Part shown: positions 45,067-54,717 of the stretch, piece after piece | Position numbering within the stretch: position 1 is the first letter of the stretch | How the letters are laid out: each line of letters begins with the position of its first letter | The notes under the pieces: generated by a model | The model's database searches: none | The model's input: the letters and a program-made list of their open reading frames with translations, nothing else | What the model was told of the DNA's origin: nothing | Program-made: the position numbers and the translations under genes | NCBI GenBank assembly: GCA_018333995.1 | Contig: JAGXSG010000008.1 | Location: 59,290 to 123,289, forward strand | From: Clostridiales bacterium | GTDB lineage: Bacteria > Actinomycetota > Coriobacteriia > Anaerosomatales > SLCP01 | Length of the DNA stretch: 64,000 nucleotides | Direction of reading: 5' to 3'

Positions 45067-46505
45067 CGGCCCACTCCTACCTCTACGTCGCGGAACCTGG
45101 CGGGAGCGGCACCGTGAGCGACGTGCGCAACCTGTATCGGTTCTCCCTTTCCGCAGTTGGGTAGTCCCCATACGTCCCAGTGTTCCGCCGAGCACACGGC
45201 GTCACACGAGTTCCAAAAGCGCGGGGTGATCCCGGTGTAATTTGGATTCTTGACCATGCGGGTCTTCCGGCCGTTCTCGATCTCCCATCCGATCTCGCAT
45301 GCGAACTGGAAGTTCAGTCGCTTGTCGTCGATCGACCATGAGCTGTTGGTCTCGACGTAAAGGCCGCGTTCCGTGTCTGCGATGAGGTCGTCCAGCGACC
45401 ATTCGCCTGGTTCCAGGGACACCGTGTTCATGCGTATGAGGGGGATGCGGCTCCATCCATCAGCGCGCATGCAGGCGTTGCTCGTCCGTCCGATGGCGAG
45501 AGCGGACTCTCGCGAGGTGAGGAAGCCGGTCAGAATGCCATCGGTCACAAGTAGATCACGTTGGCCGGGAACGCCCTCATCATCGTATCCAAACGAGCCG
45601 AGCGCGCCGGGGATTGTCGCGTCGGCGGAGATCGAGACGTGCTCTGATCCGTACCGGAGTCTGCCGAGGTCCTCGAGTTGCAGGAACGACGTTCCGGCGA
45701 ACGCAGCCTCGTCACCGAGCACTCGGTCGAGTTCGGTGGGGTGCCCCACGGATTCGTGCACCTGCAAGCCGAGCTGGCTACCATCGATGATGAGGTCCGT
45801 CGTCCGCGGTGCGCACGAAGCGGCCGAGAGGAGTGCGGCAGCCTCGTCTCCTACGCGCGGGGCGTGAGCGATGAGGTCGAAGCCGTCGACTACCTCGTAG
45901 CCTCCCTGACGCCAGTTCCCCCCGTGTGAATTGGGATACGAGCGCGTCAGTACCTCGCCGTCTGAGATTGCGTAGGCCGCGATACCGCCACCGCTCTCGG
46001 TGCGGTTCTGCTCGATGCGGCTACCCTCGGTCGAACCAAAATACGTGTGGACCGCGAAAAACCCCATCGATGCGCGGGTCAGCTTAACCAAGTCATGATT
46101 GCGAAGCGCCGCATCTGCTTCCATGAGGAGCGCGATCTTGTCTTCGAGAGGAACGGAGAACGGGTCACGTTCGCATGGGCCTTGCCACGTGTCGCGGTAC
46201 GCGGCCACGGGCGCGAGACGTATTGGACCGCGCGTCACGCGGGCGCTCGCGCGAGCCAGCATCACTGCGTCGCGCGCGACACGAGTAGCTGCCGCTACGC
46301 TTAGGTCGCGCGTGGAGGCAAACCCCCACGAACCATCCGCGATGACCCGGACGCCGATGCCTGCGGATTCGTTGGCTTCGGCGGCGTCGAGCCGCCCGTC
46401 AGCTATCGCGACACTCTGGGTGCGCGTCGTTACCACCCGTGCGTCAGCGTATGTCGCGCCCGCGAATCGGGCCGCGTCGAGTGCGGCATCGATCAGGTCC
46501 CACAT
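45063..46505 (-). CDS. tldD: TldD metalloprotease
   Basis: HESVGHPTELD (HExxxH plus downstream E). 480 aa. Confidence 0.92.
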   Translation of the reverse strand: MWDLIDAALDAARFAGATYADARVVTTRTQSVAIADGRLDAAEANESAGIGVRVIADGSWGFASTRDLSVAAATRVARDAVMLARASARVTRGPIRLAPVAAYRDTWQGPCERDPFSVPLEDKIALLMEADAALRNHDLVKLTRASMGFFAVHTYFGSTEGSRIEQNRTESGGGIAAYAISDGEVLTRSYPNSHGGNWRQGGYEVVDGFDLIAHAPRVGDEAAALLSAASCAPRTTDLIIDGSQLGLQVHESVGHPTELDRVLGDEAAFAGTSFLQLEDLGRLRYGSEHVSISADATIPGALGSFGYDDEGVPGQRDLLVTDGILTGFLTSRESALAIGRTSNACMRADGWSRIPLIRMNTVSLEPGEWSLDDLIADTERGLYVETNSSWSIDDKRLNFQFACEIGWEIENGRKTRMVKNPNYTGITPRFWNSCDAVCSAEHWDVWGLPNCGKGEPIQVAHVAHGAAPARFRDVEVGVGR

Positions 46506-46546
46506 GCTACCCCCCTTTAGAGCTGGTCGCTACCGAAAGCGCCGTG

Positions 46547-47773
46547 CTAGAAGTTCGGAGCCGTACGGGGTGTCGCGGCACCGAGAGGCGGCGCTGTTCT
46601 CGGCGTCCAGTCATATCTGCGGGCACCCGCGTAATCGCGTCGCGTTGAGAGCCGAGCAATCTTGACGAAGTCGCCAGTTCTCGGCGCGTGGATGAAGTAG
46701 TCGGCACCGATGTAGATGCCCACGTGGTAGATCGGCGAACCGAAGAAGACCGCGTCTCCAGGTTGTAGTGCCGCAGGGACTATCTTCTCGCCCACCAGGA
46801 ATTGGCTTCCGGAGTAGTGAGGCAGATTGACGCCGTGCTGCTTGAACACCCAGTACAACAGCCCCGAGCAGTCGAAACCAGCTGGCGTCTTGCCTCCCCA
46901 CAGGTACGGGATCCCGTGGTACGCGAGGGCGGTCTCAACTGGGGAGCCCGGCCCCACGACGATGCCCGAGGAAGCCGCGCCGCTCAAAATCTGCCGCAGA
47001 AGTTCGCTTTCCTCGCGCTGTCTCCGCGCTGCCTCCGCGTCGAGGAGTTCGAGGAGCTCGCCCTGAGCCTCGGCCAGCATCTGTTGACGGTCTTGTATGC
47101 GCAGCATGATCTCGATCTGGCGGGCGCGCAGTTCGAACTCAAGAGCTTCGGCTTCGGTTGACGCGGTCTTCAGGCGTTCAGCCGTCTTCTCGAGGAGTTC
47201 CTGCTGCGCGCGCAGGCCGTGAGCGATATCCGCGTCGGCCGTGCCGAGGGTGTTGAGGAACTTGACGCGGGACACAAGATCCGAAAACGACTCCGCCTCT
47301 AACAAGAGCTCCACCGCGCCAAAAGAGCCGTGCTTGTAGAGACTTGTCGCGCGCTTTCCGACCAGTTCGTGTTGGAGTTCGTAGGCTTCGCGCGCCTCGT
47401 CGAGGTCCGATTCGGCTACTGAGACGCGCTCATGGGTGGCGTCAAGGCGGTAGACCGCGGCGTTGTACTGTTCCGTTGCGAGCGCGAGCTCGCGGTCGAG
47501 ATCATCAAGCTGGGCCAGGAACTCATCGAGCAGAGCCTGACGACGGGCCAATTCTTGCCGGAAGCGCAGTGTCTCGGAATTGACCGCGACATCTACGGGG
47601 GTGGTGGCGTCAGCGGACGGCGGGGTGCGGAGTTCCGATGCCGGATTCGCCGACTCGCTTGTGGAAGATTCTCCAGTGATCGGGGCCGCGTAGGCGGTGA
47701 CCGCGCCAACGAATAGAACCGCCGCCAGTGTGATAGTCATCACTTGGGACGAGAGGGAGGTTCGAACCCTCAT
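46547..47773 (-). CDS. secreted coiled-coil NlpC/P60 cell-wall hydrolase
   Basis: Signal peptide, ~230-aa coiled coil. C-terminal NlpC/P60 catalytic residues: YLWGGKTPAGFDCSGLLYWVF and HVGIYIG. Start ATG 47773 or the Met 11 codons downstream. Confidence 0.85.
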   Translation of the reverse strand: MRVRTSLSSQVMTITLAAVLFVGAVTAYAAPITGESSTSESANPASELRTPPSADATTPVDVAVNSETLRFRQELARRQALLDEFLAQLDDLDRELALATEQYNAAVYRLDATHERVSVAESDLDEAREAYELQHELVGKRATSLYKHGSFGAVELLLEAESFSDLVSRVKFLNTLGTADADIAHGLRAQQELLEKTAERLKTASTEAEALEFELRARQIEIMLRIQDRQQMLAEAQGELLELLDAEAARRQREESELLRQILSGAASSGIVVGPGSPVETALAYHGIPYLWGGKTPAGFDCSGLLYWVFKQHGVNLPHYSGSQFLVGEKIVPAALQPGDAVFFGSPIYHVGIYIGADYFIHAPRTGDFVKIARLSTRRDYAGARRYDWTPRTAPPLGAATPRTAPNF

Positions 47774-47856
47774 CCGTTCCGTCACGCGTTGCCCTTCTGT
47801 TTCCCGGGACGTAGCCGAGGTACTCCGTACGCATCGGCTGTCACACCGCGCCCCCA

Positions 47857-47942
47857 ATCATCAATTCTATCACGAAACACACGCAAACCGCGGGCCAAAT
47901 CGCCTGGGTGGGAGCGGTGTGGTACGCCTATCATCAATTCTA
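47857..47942. repeat. two copies of the AT-rich 13-mer ATCATCAATTCTA, 73 bp apart
   Basis: Copies at 47857-47869 and 47930-47942. On the minus strand each reads TAGAATTGATGAT, a TAGAAT -10-like hexamer. The proximal copy is in a TGaTAGAAT context. Confidence 0.6.
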
Positions 47943-48066
47943 ACGATGCGCATGGCGAGACTTAGGACGATGCATGGAGATTCGCGGGAGATTAGGCGCT
48001 GTCAGGCGGGTACATCCGTATATGCGCGCGGTGAACGGATCGGCGTCTGGGCTCGTCTGAACCCAC

Positions 48067-49083
48067 ATGGAAACCATACGCAAAGATACGGGCACGCACG
48101 GTCCGCGTAAGGCGCCATCGCGCGGCCCGGCGCACGTGTCTCCAACCGCTGTCATGGCCGTTGTGGCACTTGGTGTCATTGCGGTTCTGATGTCGTGCGC
48201 TACCCCTGGTTCGCGCCACTCAGGAGGGCCGCCGTCTCTTTCCGGGCTTGCCGGAAGTGATCCGGTAACGGTGACGCCACGCGGCGACGACCCCGTCGAC
48301 AAAGTGCCGACGCCTGGTGCCCGAGCTCAGTTGCCCGCACCCCCTCCAGCTGAAACGCCGCCTTTAGCGGAGTGTACCGACGACAACGTGTCACGGAGCT
48401 GGTATTACACGCCCTCGCCTTCGTCCGGAGGCCGTCCGGCCGTGCCGCGGGATGCGGCGGCCCTCCTCGGCCGGTACGGAGGGGTGTGGCGCGCTGATAC
48501 CTCGGCTAAGGTCGTGTACCTGACTTTCGATCAGGGGTACGAGGCAGGCCACACGGGGCGGATTCTCGACGTGCTCAAACGCGAGGGGGTTGCGGCGTCA
48601 TTTTTTGTGACGCGTGGCTACATCGAAAACAACCCGGATCTCGTCGAGCGCATGACCTCCGAGGGTCACGTCGTGGCGAATCACAGCGCCACGCATCCGT
48701 CGATGCCCGAGATCGCGCACGACCCAGCGGCGTTCGAAGCGGAGCTTACGCGTTGCGCGGATGCATATCGCGCACTCACTGGCGTGAGCATGGCGCCCTT
48801 CTTCCGGCCGCCGATGGGCGAGTACAGCGCCCGTAGCTTGTGTATGACCGAGCGGCTCGGTTATACGACCGTAATGTGGAGTTTTGCTCACAGGGACTGG
48901 CTTACCGATGAGCAGCCGCCGGTTGCGACGACGCTTGCGCGTGTCGTGAATGGAGCGCACCCCGGGGCGATCCTCCTTCTGCACGCGGTCTCGTCGAGCA
49001 ACACCGAGGCGCTGCCAGGAATCATCACGCGCCTGCGCGCGGAGGGCTATCGTTTCGCCTCACTAAACGAGCTGTCGCGCTGA
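48067..49083 (+). CDS. NodB-type polysaccharide deacetylase (PdaA-like)
   Basis: YLTFDQGYEAGHTGRILDVLK...FFVTRGYIENNPDLVERM..EGHVVANHSATHP. N-terminal TM/signal plus a Pro-rich linker. Confidence 0.85.
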   Translation: METIRKDTGTHGPRKAPSRGPAHVSPTAVMAVVALGVIAVLMSCATPGSRHSGGPPSLSGLAGSDPVTVTPRGDDPVDKVPTPGARAQLPAPPPAETPPLAECTDDNVSRSWYYTPSPSSGGRPAVPRDAAALLGRYGGVWRADTSAKVVYLTFDQGYEAGHTGRILDVLKREGVAASFFVTRGYIENNPDLVERMTSEGHVVANHSATHPSMPEIAHDPAAFEAELTRCADAYRALTGVSMAPFFRPPMGEYSARSLCMTERLGYTTVMWSFAHRDWLTDEQPPVATTLARVVNGAHPGAILLLHAVSSSNTEALPGIITRLRAEGYRFASLNELSR

Positions 49084-49175
49084 GCCGGTCTTGGCATGTG
49101 AACGAATCGCTGTAGTCCATCGGTGTAGCTGCCGATATTCGCATACGTCATGACCAAGTCACCGCCCGCGCCGAA

Positions 49176-49823
49176 GTGGTGCGCGCGGGCTTCGCACACG
49201 CAGGGGTGATCATTTCCGTGTCCGTGTCTGAGGAGTCCGGGACCACACGACCTCGAAACCGCAGGCTCATGCTTGTCGCCGCGATAGCCCTCGCCGTTGT
49301 CGCCTTGGTCGGGGTGGCTGGTGTGTCGACGACGCCACTATTGTGCGGATCCTGTCACACGGTCGCACCGTCGTACGAGGGCTGGCAGGCGTCAGCGCAC
49401 TCGGACGTGTGGTGTATCCAGTGTCACGCGGACTTTGGCCCGGCCGGTTGGGCGGGTGCGATCCTGAACGGCGCGGACGAACTCGTGAGGTACGCGGTCG
49501 ATGCTCCTGCGAATCACGAGCTTGCCGCCACGGTTCCTTCCGAGCGGTGCGTCCGATGCCATGCCGATGCGTGGGCTGACGAGGCGTTTGCGGCGTCGCA
49601 TCCGACCGTCGATGCCCGCTGCGGGGCGTGTCACCGCGAGGCGTACCACACTAACGAGCGAAACGTCTATCCCGAGATGGGGATTGCGGCCCGAGACGTC
49701 GTGTACGGTGACTCGGTCACGTGCGCAGAGTGCCACACCACCCGTCAGATGCTCCGCGCCGACATCATGGCGCATCCTTGCGAAATCGTAGAGACATCCG
49801 TGCAGGGAAGCGGTGAGGGTTGA
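49176..49823 (+). CDS. membrane-anchored NapC/NirT-family pentaheme cytochrome c; ends at an in-frame TGA
   Basis: N-terminal TM LMLVAAIALAVVALVGVAGV, then five CXXCH motifs (CGSCH, CIQCH, CVRCH, CGACH, CAECH). True start is probably internal to the ORF-track start. Confidence 0.8.
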   Translation: MVRAGFAHAGVIISVSVSEESGTTRPRNRRLMLVAAIALAVVALVGVAGVSTTPLLCGSCHTVAPSYEGWQASAHSDVWCIQCHADFGPAGWAGAILNGADELVRYAVDAPANHELAATVPSERCVRCHADAWADEAFAASHPTVDARCGACHREAYHTNERNVYPEMGIAARDVVYGDSVTCAECHTTRQMLRADIMAHPCEIVETSVQGSGEG

Positions 49824-49841
49824 GGCGGACAACTGCCCCAG

Positions 49842-50963
49842 TTGGGGCCCGACATCGCGGTGCTCGTGAGCGATGAGTTCTTCGACACGCAGCACGCGAG
49901 GTTCAGGTGCGTGGAGTGCCACGGCGGTGTCGAACCCGCGACAAGCCGTCGGGAGGCGCACTCAGACATGGATCCGGTCCCCTCGGCGGGATACGAGGAC
50001 TCAGTCTGCTATGCGTGCCATGCGGCCACCGTATCGCGGTTCGCCCGCACGCTGCACGCTGAAACTCGCGGGCTCTCGGGCGACACCGAGGCGATCGTGC
50101 TGGGACGCGCCGGGGCCGAGAACCGCTCGGCGCTCGTGCCGGTTCTCGACAGGCAGTGCGGCCAGTGTCATGTGAGCGGGTGCGGCGACTGCCACGTCTC
50201 TCGACCACGTCAGGCGGAAGGCGGGCTTATCGACGGGCACGTTTTCCAGCGTTCGCCGAGCACGACGCTCAACTGCGTGGGCTGTCATGGCAGCAGGGTT
50301 GAGCGAGAGTTCATCGGCAGAGGTGAGGACGTCGATCGGGGCGAGCGGAAACCTGACGTGCATCGTCTCCAGGCCGAGAAGGAGTGCGTGGATTGTCACA
50401 CCCGCGAGTGGATACACGGGGACGGCCCGCCGTACGACGCGCGCTACGACAACCCCGAGCCGCCGCGATGCGTCAACTGTCACGAGGCCTCAGATCAGTT
50501 CATGGCCGTGGAGTACCACCGCGAACACGCCCACCCGCTCGCTGAGGTCTGGCTCCAGTGCCAGGTGTGCCACGCGCAACCCTACAACAACTGCGCGAAC
50601 TGTCACGTGGCAGATGACGACGGAGGCTTGCCGTACTATGTTAACGAGCGGTCGTACTTTGGTTTCAACATCGGTCGCAACGCAGCAAGGTCTGCCGAGA
50701 GGCCCTGGGATTACGTGGTTGTGCGGCGAGTGCCGGTCTTCTCGGAGACATTTGAGTACTACGTCGAAGATGCGCTCGACCGCTTTGAGGTGTTGCCCAC
50801 ATACAAGTACGCGACCCCGCATTCGATAGCGAGGCGGACCGGGCAGAACGCCTCGTGTGAGGCGTGTCACGAGGACGACACGGTGTTCCTTACACGCGAG
50901 GACCTAAACGAACTTCCGATTGAAGAGCAACGAGCGAACGAGGCAGTCGTGGTCGACAGGTGA
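49842..50963 (+). CDS. decaheme cytochrome c ORF lacking its own signal peptide (same frame as the preceding ORF)
   Basis: Ten CXXCH motifs: CVECH, CYACH, CGQCH, CGDCH, CVGCH, CVDCH, CVNCH, CQVCH, CANCH, CEACH. The only start is TTG 49842, 6 codons after the TGA, and there is no hydrophobic N-terminus. Confidence 0.75.
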   Translation: MGPDIAVLVSDEFFDTQHARFRCVECHGGVEPATSRREAHSDMDPVPSAGYEDSVCYACHAATVSRFARTLHAETRGLSGDTEAIVLGRAGAENRSALVPVLDRQCGQCHVSGCGDCHVSRPRQAEGGLIDGHVFQRSPSTTLNCVGCHGSRVEREFIGRGEDVDRGERKPDVHRLQAEKECVDCHTREWIHGDGPPYDARYDNPEPPRCVNCHEASDQFMAVEYHREHAHPLAEVWLQCQVCHAQPYNNCANCHVADDDGGLPYYVNERSYFGFNIGRNAARSAERPWDYVVVRRVPVFSETFEYYVEDALDRFEVLPTYKYATPHSIARRTGQNASCEACHEDDTVFLTREDLNELPIEEQRANEAVVVDR

Positions 50964-51020
50964 GTGGTAGTAAGCTGGTACACATCGCCTCGGGCACGAC
51001 TAAGAGTGAGGGAGACTACG

Positions 51021-51893
51021 TTGCTTTCGATCACCATTCCCAAAGGATCGCTCGAAGAGCAGACACTGTTCCTATTCGCGCAAGCTGACATTGAGATCAA
51101 GAAATCGAGCCGCGCGTACAATCCCACCTGCTCTGATCCCAGAGTTGAACGCGTGAAGATTCTTCGTCCACAGGAGATTCCGGTGTTTGTGCAGGATGGC
51201 TACTTCGACCTGGGGATCAGTGGGCACGATTGGATTCGCGAGTCCGGTGCGGACGTGGTTGAGATCGCTGAGCTCCCGTACGCGAAGACGGGTGCCGGCG
51301 TTGTACAGATGGTACTCGCTGTGCCGCAGGATTCGCCGGTGACCTCGGCACGAGACATCGCCCCAGGTAGCCGCATCACTACCGAGTTCCCCCGAACTAC
51401 CAAGGCATTCTTTGACGACCTCGGCATACCGGTCGAGGTCTACTTCAGCTACGGCGCAACCGAGGCGAAGGTGCCTGAGATGATGGACGCGCTCGTCGAC
51501 CTCACGGAGACGGGCTCCACGCTTCGCCGGAACGGTCTGAAGGTCATTGACGTCATCCTCACTTCGACCACGCGCCTTGTGGCAAACAGGGAGTCGTGGG
51601 CCGACCCGGTCAAGCGCCGCGAGATCGAAGAAGTGCGCACTTTGTTGCTCGGTGTCATCGAGGCGAGGGGACGTGTGCTGCTCTCGATGAACGTTCCGGC
51701 CTCAAAGATCGACACCGTGGTCGCGGTGCTCCCCGCCATGAAGCGCCCCACCGTGAATATGCTGTACGGGTCGGAGGACTTTGAGGTCACGACGGTCGCC
51801 GAGAAGTGCTTGGTCAACACGCTCATCCCGGCCCTCAAGGCGGCCGGCGCCGAAGACATCCTCGAGATCCCCATCACGAAGATCGTGCGATAG
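51021..51893 (+). CDS. hisG: ATP phosphoribosyltransferase, long form
   Basis: LSITIPKGSLEE N-terminus, PRPP loop LVDLTETGSTLRRNGL, C-terminal regulatory domain. TTG 51021 is 6 nt after GAGGGAG. Confidence 0.88.
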   Translation: MLSITIPKGSLEEQTLFLFAQADIEIKKSSRAYNPTCSDPRVERVKILRPQEIPVFVQDGYFDLGISGHDWIRESGADVVEIAELPYAKTGAGVVQMVLAVPQDSPVTSARDIAPGSRITTEFPRTTKAFFDDLGIPVEVYFSYGATEAKVPEMMDALVDLTETGSTLRRNGLKVIDVILTSTTRLVANRESWADPVKRREIEEVRTLLLGVIEARGRVLLSMNVPASKIDTVVAVLPAMKRPTVNMLYGSEDFEVTTVAEKCLVNTLIPALKAAGAEDILEIPITKIVR

Positions 51894-52050
51894 GCGCGCT
51901 TGCGAGCGCTCGGCGGGAGAGTGCGGTGCGAAGGCGATCGTGGTGGTAGAGGGCGCGGACGGGGGTTTGCGGACAGGGCGTGGACAGGCGTTTGCGCCAC
52001 GCTCGGGCGGTGTGGTATACATACGTTCCGCCGCACGGCGAATCGGATAT

Positions 52051-52127
<77 letters not shown>

Positions 52128-52136
52128 AGAAATTTG

Positions 52137-52171
52137 CAGGTCAGCACCGGAAACGGGAGCTGGCCTGTTTT
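52137..52171 (+). terminator. rho-independent terminator after tRNA-fMet
   Basis: Stem CAGGTCAGC/GCTGGCCTG (one G-U). Inner CCG-GAAA-CGG tetraloop. TTTT tail at 52168-52171. Confidence 0.6.
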
Positions 52172-52311
52172 GTCATGTCAGACCCCTGTCTAACCCCTGC
52201 CTAACACGCCGCTTTGATCTCGGACCGCCGCCGGTCGTGTCGCGCGGCAAACCACTTCATGTCAGACTGAGAGACTAGGATTGGCGACCCGAGGTCGAGG
52301 AGGTGTGAAGG

Positions 52312-53955
52312 GTGAATCCGCAGGCGGCGAGCAAGTTGAGGGGAGCGTTCTTCACCCCCCCGGAGATGGCCGAGTTCATTGCACACTGGGCGCTCCGAAC
52401 ACCGGAAGATTGGGTCTTGGAGCCATCTTGCGGCGAAGCCGCGTTCTTGTTGCCCGCTATCGAACGGCTGCGCGCACTCGGCCAGAACGATCTGGGCATC
52501 TCGCAGCAGGTGTGGGGTGCCGAACTTCATGCCCCTTCTGCCAAGATCGCCTGCAAGGCAATTCTTTCATCCACCGGCGTTAGCATCTCTGATCGGGTCC
52601 GCGTGGGTGACTTTTTCGAGGCGCGTGCAGGGCGCGACTTGCCCTTGATGGATGCGTGCATCGGCAATCCGCCGTACATCCGCTACCAGTCCTTTGTCGG
52701 CGATGCCCGCAAACGGGGTCGAGAGGCAGCCTTTGCGGCTGGCGTCCCAATAGATGGGCTCGCTAGCTCATGGGCGCCGTTCACAGTGCATGCGGCGTCA
52801 TTCCTCAAGCCTGGCGGTCGGTTAGGACTTGTATTGCCCGCAGAGCTGCTATCGGTCAACTACGCAGCCCCCGTTCGTCGGCACTTTCTCGATCATTTTG
52901 GGTGTGTTCGAGTCATTCTCTTCGAAGAACGGGTGTTCCCGGGTGTACTCGAGGAAGTGGTTCTCCTGCTCGCCGAGGGTGAAGGACCGTGTGACAGGTT
53001 CGACATAGTACAAGTCGCCGGCCTGTCCGATCTTGTGACCCTCGAGAAGCGGGAGTGGTCAACGTCGCCCGATGCCGGGAAGTGGACAAGGCTGTTGCTT
53101 CCGGAGTCAACGCGTGAAGCGGTTGTTGCGATCGACGCTCTCGGAGGGTTCACTTCACTCAGTGACGCAGGCACGCTCTCAATTGGAATGGTCACGGGAC
53201 GCAACGACTACTTCTGCATCAGCGAAGCTGAAAGGATCGCTCACAACTTAAGTCATGCTCAGCTGCGCAGGATGCTGCCGCCAGGGTCCAAGCATGCACG
53301 CGGCATCGAGTACACATCCGCGCACTGGGAGCACGCAAGGGACGAAGGCTCGAGAGTCTGGCTGTTCTCTCCGTCGGGTTATCCAAGCAATGCGGCGCGA
53401 GCATATATCCGAAAAGGTGAAGAACTTGAGTTAGACCAAGCGTACAAGTGTCGTGTGCGAACACCTTGGTTCCGTGTCCCGACAGTGGAGGCACCGGATC
53501 TTTTCATGGTCTATATGGCCGATGCGGGTCCTCGGTTCATTGAGAATCCGTTGAGGGTACTCAACGTTAACTCGGTTCACGGCCTGTACCTTAATACAGC
53601 ATGTCGGGGCTTGGCCTCAGTGTTACCGACGGCGTCGCTCTCGACGTTCACCCTACTCGGGGCAGAACTCGTGGGCAGGTCGTACGGCGGCGGTCTGTTG
53701 AAACTCGAGCCGCGTGAGGCGCTGAACCTCCCAATTCCATCGGCCGCTTTGATCAAGAGCTGCAAGAAGAAGCTTATGAATGCCAAGCCCGCAGTGGACC
53801 TGTACTTGAGACAGGGCCGCTTCGAGGACGCGGTGCAGGTCGTTGACGACATCATCCTCGTGCAGGGGATGTCGCTCCACCCCTGTGTCGTTGAGGGGCT
53901 GCGGCACGGTAGAGAGCATTTGTTCGGTCGGCGCAAGAAGCGCAGCCAAGGATAG
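52312..53955 (+). CDS. N6-adenine DNA methyltransferase, gamma class (TaqI/Eco57I-like) with a C-terminal target-recognition domain
   Basis: FFTPPEMAEFI, motif I VLEPSCGEAAFLL, motif IV CIGNPPYIRY. GTG 52312 is 8 nt after GAGGAGG. Confidence 0.88.
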   Translation: MNPQAASKLRGAFFTPPEMAEFIAHWALRTPEDWVLEPSCGEAAFLLPAIERLRALGQNDLGISQQVWGAELHAPSAKIACKAILSSTGVSISDRVRVGDFFEARAGRDLPLMDACIGNPPYIRYQSFVGDARKRGREAAFAAGVPIDGLASSWAPFTVHAASFLKPGGRLGLVLPAELLSVNYAAPVRRHFLDHFGCVRVILFEERVFPGVLEEVVLLLAEGEGPCDRFDIVQVAGLSDLVTLEKREWSTSPDAGKWTRLLLPESTREAVVAIDALGGFTSLSDAGTLSIGMVTGRNDYFCISEAERIAHNLSHAQLRRMLPPGSKHARGIEYTSAHWEHARDEGSRVWLFSPSGYPSNAARAYIRKGEELELDQAYKCRVRTPWFRVPTVEAPDLFMVYMADAGPRFIENPLRVLNVNSVHGLYLNTACRGLASVLPTASLSTFTLLGAELVGRSYGGGLLKLEPREALNLPIPSAALIKSCKKKLMNAKPAVDLYLRQGRFEDAVQVVDDIILVQGMSLHPCVVEGLRHGREHLFGRRKKRSQG

Positions 53956-53962
53956 GAGAGCG

Positions 53963-54700
53963 ATGGGGGTACACGAGGCGCTCATAGGGGCAATCAGAGC
54001 GGCCGCTCCGAAGCCGGATGCGTCGGCGAAGCAGTCTGAGAAGAAGAACTACTCCGAGCGGCTCTCGAACACGATCGCGAGAGCCTTCGCCGGGGAGCTG
54101 CGTATGGCTGGCGTGATGGATTGTGCACCGCTCGTGAAGGAAGACGGAGCCGCGTACGGCTCAGAGCGTCGAATCGCAGGCGGTATAGGTGCGAAGAAGG
54201 TGGACGTGTCATGGTCGACGGACACCAGTGGGTTGCTGCTGGGTATCTCGATCAAGACGATCAGCTTCCCCGATGCTCGCTCCGGCAACTATCAGAAGAA
54301 CCTCTCAAATCGGCGCGGTGACATGCTCTTTGAGGCGGTCACCTTGCACCGGCGGTTTCCGTTTGCTGTGCTCGGCGGACTCTTCTTTTTGGATGTTGGT
54401 GCCACTTCGGACCACACGGATCGGCGCTCCTCAACCGTACAGAACGCGCATGACCTGTTGCGCCTCTTCAGCGGCAGGCCGGATCCAGCGGGAAGAGAAG
54501 AGCAGCTGGAGCGCCTCTACGTCGTCACCTACGACGCGACGCCAGGAAGCGAAAGCATTGAGATTCGTGAAGCTGGCCGTTTCGATGAACCCGCCCTTGA
54601 CGCGAGTCACGTACTCGCAGAGTTGTTGAGCATCGTGGCAGACCGCAACTCGGACTTCTACGACTTCGTGGACGGAGTACTTGTTCCCCGTCGTAGTTAG
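53963..54700 (+). CDS. putative PD-(D/E)XK restriction endonuclease partner of the methyltransferase
   Basis: ATG 53963 is 7 nt after the MTase stop, with RBS AGGAGAG. Candidate catalytic pattern GSERR...KKVDVSW-x12-GISIKT (E...D...SxK). No other recognisable domain. Confidence 0.5.
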   Translation: MGVHEALIGAIRAAAPKPDASAKQSEKKNYSERLSNTIARAFAGELRMAGVMDCAPLVKEDGAAYGSERRIAGGIGAKKVDVSWSTDTSGLLLGISIKTISFPDARSGNYQKNLSNRRGDMLFEAVTLHRRFPFAVLGGLFFLDVGATSDHTDRRSSTVQNAHDLLRLFSGRPDPAGREEQLERLYVVTYDATPGSESIEIREAGRFDEPALDASHVLAELLSIVADRNSDFYDFVDGVLVPRRS

Positions 54701-54717
54701 ACAGAGTTTAGAGAGAG

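Noticed and set aside
47774-48040. Possible c-di-AMP (ydaO-type) riboswitch upstream of the NlpC/P60 hydrolase, and likewise at 12246-12440 upstream of the M23 peptidase
   Set aside because: The genomic context is right, since wall hydrolases often carry this riboswitch. Reading the gene strand, however, I could not find the conserved ydaO blocks (GGGGUGAAUC, ACCCGAAUCC, CAGCUAACCUCGUAAGCG). A cmscan would settle it.
49835-49848. Hairpin after the cytochrome TGA as a bona fide SECIS element
   Set aside because: Kept only as a possibility within the finding. The stem is just 5 bp and I cannot extend it. There is no Cys/Sec redox motif and no Sec machinery is visible in the window. On its own it is insufficient to call a selenoprotein.
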